From positions 1,415,624-1,479,623 of the forward strand of contig BDGG01000009.1 of the NCBI GenBank assembly GCA_001949185.1: 64,000 nucleotides of DNA, written 5' to 3'. Below the pieces are notes generated by a model that saw only the letters and a program-made list of their open reading frames with translations, was not told the origin of the DNA and made no database searches. The position numbers and the translations under genes are program-made. Position 1 is the stretch's first letter, and each line of letters starts with the position of its first letter. Shown here piece after piece: positions 51,301 through 64,000 of the stretch. Source of the DNA: Ramazzottius varieornatus (Eukaryota > Animalia > Tardigrada).

Positions 51301-52084
51301 TGGCAGACACGGAAGTTGGGATACGCCCAATTAAGCCGTACATTCCGCATCGTGAACGAACGTTAGGCAAGAGCCGAGGCAGGCCGCTAGTTTAATTGTA
51401 AAGGGGACCTCTGGTCCTTTGGCACTAACAAGTGTTCCGATATCCATCTCACAGTTCAGCTCCGAAAAGCCAAAGGAATACCCGCATACGTAACTTCCCT
51501 GGTCGCTGAATATATACTGCACATAAATATTGATGACAGCATCGTCGCTGTTTGACTTGTTCCCTACTGCATAATGCAACAGGATGGATGGAGGGAAGGT
51601 CGCTTTCCGTCCTATGAGGATGCTCAAAATGCGAAAGCTACGGTTTATTGGCGGTTACGCTTCTGTCAACAATGATGTAACATTCAAAGATATACAAAGT
51701 AGAGGGCGTGTGCTTCCTCTTACCCATTCAGTCGGGCTCCTCGGGGAATCTTTTCAATATGGATGACTATGATCAAAGTTTTCACAAAGTTTTCACACAT
51801 TAGTCGTAGATTACAATAATCGGATATGGGATCGGAGCGATTGTCAGAGCAAACAGTGGTCTATATCAAAAAGCACATGGAAGGCAAGAAGTCAGTACAA
51901 ATTTGTCAGGAAGACAAAGGGACCCGAACCAAGGAACCCATGATAATACCGGTGACGAGCACTGTGACATGAGAACGCTATTAGACAGCTCTTTCAGCAA
52001 TGGCTTTGAGGATAAGCTGCCGGGACTTGAAGTTGCATAATGGATCCTCTGACTACCAAGTTTGGAGCTTTCTTCATACGAAAA

Positions 52085-52641
52085 TCATCTGCAAAGTCCG
52101 GTTACGTAAGCGGCGAAAGCAAGGAGCAGGAAGATCCACATAGAGTTGCGCGTCGGGCTGGCTGCGTTGCAGTAATCTGCGGCGCAAAGACATACAGTGA
52201 CTTCAGCGTTGTTGGGAGAAGGCTGGCAGCCATCTTTGAAACCAGTGTGGCTCGAAGAGCAAGAGCGCGTCACCAAATCTGCAACGACAAGAGCGTCAAG
52301 TCATCGGGCAGCTGGACGTTTCATATCACTAGATCGGCCAGCACCATGGACCGCGAACTGAAGCGAATCAACCCATTACCCCCAGGTCCTGTCGTGCGCA
52401 GGCAGCGATCTCTTCCTGGTATGGTAGAGCAGTCGGTGTACAAAGATCCCAAGCGCGAGCCATCGCCACATCCAGCTTGGTTCTTCGAGTTGCATTCGTA
52501 ACAGCGGATGGCAAGACCTACAAAGACAACGGTACACAACGAACCATCGGCCAACAATAATTGACTGTGAAGACCGAGCTTCTTAAACTCACCGGAAGCG
52601 AAACATAAAGCAAGAGCCACAAAACAGAAGAGTCGCGCCAT
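52085..52641 (-). CDS. Ly6/uPAR three-finger (quiver-like) GPI-anchored protein
   Basis: MARLFCFVALALCFAS|GLAIRCYECNS..C..DC..RCLRTTGPG|..RSC..DGC..VCLCAADYCN, hydrophobic tail. Confidence 0.92.
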
Positions 52642-53455
52642 CTTCCCACAAAATCGAAATTTGGCAGCACAAAGTATATTGTTTTATGTGTTGCTACAGA
52701 AAGCTTACACAAGAAAGGAGTTGAATACGGGAAATCATATTTCACGATCTTACACTATAGCTCAGTAGGACAGTTTGCTTGAGACGTCAGGGTGACTTTT
52801 CATCAATCCGTCAATGGTTCACACGGAAATTGCTGACGTAACTGTCCTACAACTGCAGTCGACTATTAGACAAGTCACTATGAATATCGATTCCTCAATG
52901 ATTCCTCAAGGAGCCAGCCTCTTCAGTCTCTCCAGCACAAGGGTAGTTGTGCCACTGTGGCTATTTCGAATTGTTATTCTACATCTTGAGTTTTTAGGTT
53001 GCATAATAGGCCTACAACAGTCACTGTGCTTTCAAATACATTTGTAAGATATTACGCCTCCCGTCAAAAGCTGCACCGTCAGCTGCCAAGGACCATCATC
53101 GTCCACAACAAGAGAGAGCAGCAGGAAGATTCCTATTGACAGTAAATACTGAACTGATTAGCGGCATATATCAAAGACATGAGTACAAGTGACAAGAAAT
53201 TTACATACTGTAACTTTCAAACTACTTGTGCCTCCGAGGACGAAAGCCCACACCCGAAATTCGCAAAATGGGAAAAAAATTCAACAACGATTCTGTCGAA
53301 TGATGGAGATGGACTGGGCATTCCGCCCGATCACAGAACATATCCCGGAAACCTGAGCTTTCAAAAATTTAATTGGAAAAACCATTAGCAAAAGCGCTTG
53401 ATAACAACTATAGAAATTCTCAGGTTTATCCTCAGCAAAATACATTGTCTACAAA

Positions 53456-56119
53456 TCACGCTGCTTTCTTTTTCTTTGAAAGACCTTGCTGTTTCTTCTT
53501 ACGTTTGTCCCTTTTGGGTTTGGCATATTGGCACTTACGCGAGCCACACTGGCAGTATTCTCCAGCTTCCGCCTTGGCTCGCCAAAAAGAGGCAGAATAA
53601 TCGAGCCTGGAAAGAGACGCAGACTAGAGAGGGAAGCAGGGGCCAACGGCCCGCTCTTGCAAGCAACAGACTTGGAATCTATCAGATTATCATACGTTAG
53701 TTCTTGACCCGCTGAGATCTTTCGGACCGTATAAATGCCGACGTGCATTCCTCTCTTGGGGTCGGTGTCATCCCAGAATACGTTGATGGCAACGCAGTTT
53801 GGAACACATCCGTGATTAATAAACCTATAACAAGATGCCTAGTCAGCCCCAGGAACGCACAGACCCAATCAGGCAGCGCCTTACCTGGTCAAGTTGCCTC
53901 TCTTGCTAGCATCAAGGAAATACTCCTTTTTACTTTTTGGCTGCCCCTTGATAGGTCCCTAGGGTCAAGACTGAATATACTAGTGTGATAGTCAAGTCGC
54001 AGAATGGCCGCCTTTCCCTTACCGATATCAAGGAAAATGTGTACCAGGTTGCTTCGGTCCAGTAACTAAATTCGGTACGAGGTGAACGACATAATTCGGG
54101 CATATCGATTTTCGCACCATAATTCGGGCAACGCGAAAAGTTTGAACATTATTGTCAACGCTTGATTCATCTCTCATCGTACGCCTGTTGATACAACATT
54201 AGGCTTTCTAACATTGGACAGACCCATCCCTCTCCCAGGCCGAATTCCCGTGATCCACAACGCTTTGTTGTTCTCAAACCTATTGGAACCTCACGGAGAG
54301 GGATCAGTCTACCTCACGAAACAAGAAGTAGTTCATTACACGCAGCAAGAGCTGAGAGAAAATATGGCCGAATTACGAGTGAAAAACCACTATGCCCGAG
54401 TTATATCGTTTACCTCGTAAAGACAAATGAGTTTATCTATCAGCCAACAGAGCGTGAAAGGTGTGGCACATGTCTGGACAGGAGCATACCTCATGGCATC
54501 ATCCATTCTGACTTTGCCCGCGTACTCTGCCACGAAAGCTCCAGCAGGAAGCCCTCGCACAGTCCTGACGCCCCATCCCTTGGTTTCCGTCATGAATATG
54601 TCAAAGGGATACCTGCAGCATGAAACATACGCAGCAATGAAGCTGTGACATGGCCGTGGCGGATGCTTACCGAAGTCCCAACTGGGCAGAGCGGTTGGAA
54701 CACTGCGGTCCGCAAGGACAGGCAGCGGAGCACTCCCATATGGTCCGAGGAATGTTGGGGATGATGGAGTTCACCCACCCGGACGGATTCCGTAGTAGCT
54801 TAGTCTAAACAACGACTAGACAAATTACCATTTCAAAGGCACTTCTTGACCATTCATATGTGTCATAATTATCATGTAAATATGGTTTATTGCATGCTAC
54901 CTTTGCATCGTAGGCGACGTCACATTTAGCTACTTCGAATGGCTCATTCATACAAAAGCATCGGGCGTTGCAGAAATCTCTGCACTGGCAAACCTGCCGG
55001 AGAGAAGCAGGATAAGCTTCTTGCAGCGCATACATTACACCATGAGATGATATCCGTGCAAAAGAAGATGCCGATTATACACTTACGCAAGGCTTCCTCT
55101 GGTATTCGGCTTCGTCGATCAGGCCGCAGACGTACTTGAACTTGGGCAACTTCTGATCGTTGACATCATTCCAGACACGCACCGGGAAAAGTTCTTTGCC
55201 CTCGCTGATATCCGCACAAAGTAAAAACTTCTTCTTCGAGGACGGTCTGAAAAGCCCGTGTGAGACCCGAAATATACAGACGTACGTCTAATGCTTCAGG
55301 TTGTAAGAGAGAAAAGTCCAGGTTGCAGCGATACCTGTCCGCAAAAATTTCCTTCTTCTGGGTCAAGGTGTCTTCCTTTTTGACCACGCACTTGGACGAG
55401 CAAGGGCCAGTATGGCTTGGAAGAGTCGCGCGTACCGTGCGCCTCTCCTTTAATTTTGCCGCTTCGACCTCGGCTCTGCCACTTGTCCACTCTTCCGACA
55501 GAGCACGCTTTCTCTTGCCAGAGACCAAGGTGGTCCGCTTGGGCGGAGAGGCTGCTGCAGGAGGTTCCGTCTTGTACAGGGAACGGCAGGAACGCCTCGT
55601 GGAAGTCCTCCTCATGGGAGGACCTTCCTCTGCCGGCTCTTCCTGCGCGGGCTCTTTGGCCACATAAGCAGACAGAGAGATGGTAGAGCACTGGCTGACA
55701 GACGCAGTCACCACAGGGGGTATTCTCTGCAGCGTGTGAGAGCCAGTTCTGTCAGGCGAAGAGGACAGATACAGGTCAGAAACCGTACCGGACGAACCTT
55801 GGCTACCGGTACTGTTCCTATCAGAAAGCGGCAGCTGATCGTCGACATCGTCATCAAACTGCACATCAAGCGAACCAAAATCTATCTCCGGACCTTCCGG
55901 AGGAACATGGTCGATTACAGTTTCGACCAGAGCTTCTTTAGCGGGAACTTTCCCGACTTGTGTCGGCGAGGGCGGCGAGGGCGGTGAGGGCTGCTCTGGC
56001 TGCGCGGAGCATGGGATCCATACCGACGTTAGCGGCTGACCATACGCATCGAACTTTGCGGCATCGACAGTCTTTCCCGTAGCCTGCTCTTTCGGGCTCT
56101 TAGAGACCAAGCTTCCCAT
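53456..56119 (-). CDS. G9a/EHMT-like histone lysine methyltransferase (preSET-SET-postSET, no ankyrin repeats)
   Basis: preSET: CQCRDFCNARCFC..IWECSAACPCGPQCSNRSAQLG. SET: KGWGVRT..GAFVAEYAG..WYTF..YFLDASKRGNLTR|FINHGCVPN..ELT|LDY. postSET: FW..YCQCGSRKCQY (cf. G9a FWDIKSKYFTCQCGSEKC). Confidence 0.88.
54076..54419. mobile_element. Tc1/mariner-type MITE, copy 2 (inverted relative to copy 1), in an intron of the SET gene
   Basis: TA-cgaggtgaacgacataattcgggcat ... atgcccgagttatatcgtttacctcg-TA; internal sequence homologous to 30651-30992. Confidence 0.9.
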
Positions 56120-57336
56120 TGGCGATTCTGTTTCCTGGAAGTCCTTCCAAAAATCAGTCCTGTAGTGGACAAGGTGAACAAGTTAGGGCATGCACTTCCG
56201 GTTGGCTGAAGGTAGTTTACCGTCATACATCAATGAAGGCTTCCCCCGTCCGAAGAAACTATCCAAATCTTGCTTGTCGTCTTCTCTGCTTCTGGGATAG
56301 ACCGTACGTACTTCTCCAAGGTAAACAATGCTACTAAGAAATTGTAGTTGTTATACCAGAATAATTCTGTCATGGAGATATTTTGAACCTATTCGTCAGA
56401 GTCGTCTCCATCCGTTATACTGGCATCTTTGGCGGCAAAGGCAATGCTCTCCGCCACTCAAGTTGCCGTATGATAGATGCCGCTCATTTCCATGAAGCGA
56501 TGCAGGCGTGAAGTTGCTTCCCACTTATCGATGCCCGTTAGAAGTCACAGTCCAACCAAACGGGGACATCCCTTCCCGCTTCTCGACTGCAGAGAAAGTG
56601 GGTTACTGCTCTGCTGTCCGGCTAGGCTTGAGGGATGATTCCTACTCTTCCAAACTCCCCGTGTAGACTACGGCAGGTACTCGTCGAAGATGGCCGTCAG
56701 CTTCACACGGTAACGCGCCGGTTCATCCCGGAACCCAGTTTCGAAATCCAAGTCAGCCCACTTGACATGACCAGAGTGATGACTTGACGACTTGTTGACC
56801 TGACGAAGTATTACAGCCAGAGATCCGGGAAGATCAATAAATCAACTAGCCGAGTGTGATGAAGATATTTTGCGGGAAAGCTATAAGCTCACTCTGTTAC
56901 TGTACGTTGGAGCAACATTACATGACACAGCATGACAGCCTTGGACGTACAGTTGGACCGAAGTCACGAAACCCACTCTGACTACAGTATACTCTCGAAG
57001 CGAGGTGCTCTTCCACTTCCCTTGCGTACTCTCAATGCTCCATCGCTACTCTGGGTCTTTCTCTACAGAAAAGTTCACATCCAAGATTAAGGTTTGATGA
57101 CAGCAAACCCAAGTCTCAAAAGTGCAAAAGTTGTTTCAAGTGCCGCCATTACAAATAAAACTAGAGATTGCAGACAGGTGTGAAACTCAAACATCCACTT
57201 AAGTCGACACAGCGACTGAGATTACGACTTTAGGATAAAATTCAAAACAGCATGGTTCGAGGAATAAAACCGAAATCTGCTTGACCAAAGGCGACAAACT
57301 ATTTCGTATAAAGCTGGATCGCCATCCTTCGCCTCT

Positions 57337-60066
<2,730 letters not shown>

Positions 60067-60742
60067 AGTGTTTTTGCTTCTTGAGCTTCAGTAGAATCCT
60101 GTCGTGGGAAGCTACTTCACAGAGCTGGAGGACCCGAAGGTGAAGAGTAGCTCGCGGAGAAAAGTTTTCGACGAGGAGAGAACGTTCACAAGTCTGGAAA
60201 AGCGCAACTGACTTGACAGCTCAACGCGGTGGCTCAGCCATGAGGCGCAGAGCGGCCAAATGTCAATAACCGCCTCTGCCGTCCAGCTTTTCATTCATCT
60301 ACTCGGCGGATTCCAGCGCAAGCTATGCTCAGAGCAATAGCGTAGCGGTACAACGTGCTCTTTACTCGTCGTTCGATCCGCTGTCTTCTGGCGGAGCGAC
60401 GAGCAAATCTCAAACCAATCAAGTGGCAATTTAAACAGTATGCTCCGCCTTTCATAGTTCCATGTTTACGTAAATCATGCCCCTTCTTACTGTCCCGCAG
60501 AATCATGTTGAAGTCATCCTGAATTTGGCTGCCCCAGGGTGTCATTTACGCTGCAAATTAGGTATTTCGGTCCATTCTTCAAGTTGGCTCAGCGTTCTGC
60601 AGCTGAACTTCAGCCGGATCTTTGCTCCTGTCCCTTATCCTGCTCGAGAGTCCAGAAAGATCATTTCTCTCCGTCTGGTTGCAGATGACTCTGTGCACTA
60701 GAGCTTGTGGATCGTTTTGGAGGATCAGGATAACGCGTGAGG

Positions 60743-63700
60743 ATGGCTGATGGATGGGCGCAGAACACAGCAGTATGGGACTCGGACAAAGTCCAGTCCA
60801 ACCCATCTACTCCAGAAGATGTAGAGATGTCCGTCGGTCGGGACACCATTCATGTTGGCGTGGCAGGGGGGTGTCTGTTCGAGCCGGATGAGGAGATGGG
60901 CATGGTGGTCGACGGCGTTCTGGTGATGCCAAACAATCCACAAGGTTAAACCGTCCTCTTTGATTTACCCGTTTAACTTCCGGCGCATTTTTCTAGCTTG
61001 ACTCATAGATCAGAATCATTTAGAAGTTAGGATAGTGGTCCAATCTTCAGCATGTACAGTAGTGTCATGCATGACCGGAATCACTGTCTTTGTTTTCTAG
61101 AGAAAGCTCCGGCTGCAGGTGCGAGCACTCGATCGTGGGGAAGTTACTTGAACGAGCAGCAAGCCGAGTTTCGCCATGAAGAACCTGATGGACAATGGTC
61201 GCAGCAACATCCATTCCATCAACCCTACCTACAAACTTCCCATCAGTCAAACGTCCAGCCTGAAATTGACTGGGCGGTCAGGCTTCGTGGGCCAACAGTG
61301 TCTTTCGAACAGCAGTCGCTGTGGACTCTGCATCCCAACAGTCTTCGTCTCGAGGATCAAAGACCACACTTTTTTCACCTTCGTAACAGTCGTCTGCTGG
61401 CTCAACCTGGACGTCACAGACATGTTGTGCCACCCGATCCTGCAGCTATCAGCCGAAGGAACATGCGTCAAAGGGAGATGGAAGAACAGGAACGAAGGAA
61501 GTACGTCGCGCCTGAGAAGCGCGCGCGGAAGACGGTTAATCCACGGCCTCCTCCTCGACCCAGAGGTACATTCTTATAGCTGCTCTCTGTTAAGTTGTGG
61601 CAGTTGTATCATTACCGTGACACCATACTTTGTTTTTCTAGCTGTTCTTGTTTCCGCGGAGGACACGGAGATGGTGGGCACAGAAGAAGCTGCCGATCGT
61701 CCAAGACCTTCTAAGTTGCGGAAACGGTATCTTGGTTTTCGAACTTGATCACTAACTCATCAGCGCTAGCTCCTCAGGGCTCATGTTCATACTCTTCGTC
61801 TCTCACCCTATCTGTAGGTTTGCGGAAGATTCGCCTCAGGTGATCGATGTGGTGGCTCTTGGATCACGAGGTGGGCGAACCGAAAAGCGAGCTGCGGATC
61901 TTCACAAAGTGGAGAAGTCGGTTGACGTTGGGAAGAAGGCTGTAAAGAAAAGAACACCTACGCCAGCTTCCGTACCCGATGACGAGGATGAAGCGGTATC
62001 TTTTGAATGTCTCCTTCAAGCCGCTTTCCAAACAGCCACCTTTGGCCCTGTTTTTGCAGTTTGAAGAAGAGATGACGACGGTCGTCGGTCCTCCTTCTTC
62101 GTCCGCTTTATCTGAGGGTTCTTTGGATGGAGTAACGCGGTCCCTGGACAAGCTCCGCGTCAGGAAGTACAGTTATCCCAGCACACAAAGCGGTCGGCTT
62201 GACGCCACGGCTTGGAAGAGTGTCAATGGCGAAGTGCGTGTGAACTTGTGGTCCGTGTTAGATCGTAACATTGTGTTGGCTTGTCACTACAACATACGCA
62301 GTAGTATGGAGTAACTGCGTACTAATAATAATGAAGATATTCTTTGAGTGTAGTTTGGGGCAATCATGCAGCGTTGCTTCTGCTCGGTACCAAGCGAGGA
62401 TATCACGAAACGGGAAACCATCAGCCAGTTGGAGCTTTGTGAGCAGGAGTTGATCAAAGAGAAGAAGATCGGCACGACCTGCTGCGCACCATATCGCAAC
62501 TCACCAGCAGGGACCAAGATTTGCGATCGGAATTTGGAAGAAGGTGAGCAGAACCAAGTTCGCTACCTTCCTCAGACGGCAGTGTTGGGTTTCTTCTGCG
62601 CAAAACACTCGGCCCTTCTCTCCCAACACAAAGTCTGTCCCTACTGCAACGAGTTCTACGAGAATGGAAACGTAAGTAGTCGTCTTCCTCAGCTCTAGCC
62701 ACGATGTCGCATTACTATAATTTCCCTATTACCTTCGGAAACAATCTTTCCCGGAGGATCTTCGATGCTTGAGGGTTTGTGCTCTAATTCCAGAAGACCT
62801 TCCTGGTGTGCCGAGCGATCGAAGGGGAAGAACATCTGTTTCATCTGAAATGTCGATCGCGGATGACCATGTTGCAGCAGTGTCCGCATTGCCTGCACGA
62901 TAAGAGAAACACAGTAGAGGAATGGTACACGGGTCCCAAGAAAAGGTAAAAACTTCTGGTAACTGTTGTGCAGTCTATTCTAACATGCACAAACCTTGTT
63001 TATTTTCAGTTCACTCCGACCGATGACCAAGTCTTCCGTACAGAAGGACAAGCATCTGTTTTCAGACGCAGACTTCGTCACGGTGGAGTTACCGGATTTC
63101 CAAACGAGTGGTGGAACCTTCCGGTTCACCGGATATATCCCTAAAGATCAGCTTGACACACTTCGATCCAAGGACGCATCTTCGATCAGGTAATCTGCCT
63201 AATTACAACGTCACACTCCCTACCTTTCTTGTGGAACGTACAACGAAGATTCTTTCTCCTGGTAGCGAGAGAACTGAGCTTGTAGCAAGCTTGTTGACTA
63301 TCGCTCGAAACCAACCTGCCAACCGGGATGCGCTGGGGCAGGTCGTGACTCAAAGTCCAGCTCTTCTTCATAACTGCGCCAAGTGTGGTGATGTGCTTTC
63401 GGTGGTTCTTCTCCATAAGGTATTCACTTTTCTTATTGTCGAGGTATATTTGGGATGTCGGCAAATGACCTATCGAGCTTCCGCGTCTCGAGTGGGGCGC
63501 ATGTTTCAATTGTTTCTGGCCTCTGATGTGCGTCACTTCAACAAAGGATTGTGCTAAAATCATCTGGTGTCTTCTACATACTTGTCTTCAGTTCAGAGTG
63601 TATCATGTGGATTTTGAGCTGTAACTGTTGCATTTATGCAGATGGGATGTGATATCAACGTGGCTGAAGCCTCGGGACTGACTCCGTTGATGGTTGCCGC

Positions 63701-64000
63701 CATAAACCAGCAATACGCTGTCGTGCAGGCCTTGATTGTGCTTGGAGCGGACCTCAACTTGCAAGTAAACGAATGAGGCCCATTTTAATTCCTGTTTCCC
63801 CAGCAGCAGCAGGCTTTCTCTAACTTTTGACATGATTAAGGACGATGGTTGCAGGACGAAGAGGGCAGGACAGCGCTGCACTGGGCAGCCAAGAAGAAGG
63901 AAGCGCGCTTGATGCGTTATCTACTGAAGAATAAAGCGGACCTGAGGATGCTGGTACGTTTGTGTAGTGACAATTTGAATGATCATCGGAACGACAGCCA
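60743..64000 (+). CDS. G9a: G9a/EHMT histone H3K9 methyltransferase, 5' part (Cys-rich region + ankyrin repeats); continues past the window end
   Basis: Cys-rich region FCAKHSALLSQHKVCPYCNEFYENG..FLVC..HLFHLKC..CPHC (cf. G9a [36 protein letters not shown]..FCPHC), then ankyrin repeats (LTPLMVAA..GADLNLQ|DEEGRTALHWAA). Confidence 0.85.

Noticed and set aside
48874-51650. Protein-like minus-strand fragments (faint Ulp1-protease resemblance)
   Set aside because: No catalytic motifs found and frames are interrupted; cannot be supported.
53610-53700. Apparent ELTYDN loss of the catalytic Tyr and missing postSET in the ORF track
   Set aside because: An intron (gtatga...ttccag) restores ELTLDY and CQCGSRKC.

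Overview
Gene-dense eukaryotic (animal) genomic DNA with many short (~60-100 nt) GT-AG introns. The compact style is consistent with a small invertebrate genome such as a tardigrade's; that is inference only. I assembled about 22 protein-coding genes by hand from ORF fragments and splice sites. In order: Nup205-like (apparently N-terminally short), a small SNAPC5-like coiled coil, UFM1, a chromo-like protein, LSM7, BRD8-like, RDH13-like SDR, a PHD-PHD-SAM (atherin-like) protein, a coiled-coil protein, a myristoylated TLDc protein, ZNHIT3, an omega-class GST with an active-site Cys>Ser change, a secreted Gly/Tyr/Ser-rich protein, three Ly6/three-finger (quiver-like) paralogs, Maelstrom, an intronless four-repeat protein, DPCD, a degenerate cytochrome-b5-reductase fusion, a Tudor-knot protein, a G9a-like preSET-SET-postSET gene without ankyrins, beta-tubulin, and the 5' part of G9a/EHMT. 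The 37-52 kb stretch is gene-poor and rich in decayed DNA transposons: a hAT BED-finger remnant and a Mutator-like element with a 9-bp TSD. Two MITE families are visible. The most notable pattern is the concentration of silencing/chromatin genes, including G9a beside a truncated G9a-like paralog with a myristoylation motif. Exon boundaries and family assignments come from memory of conserved motifs, not from database searches.
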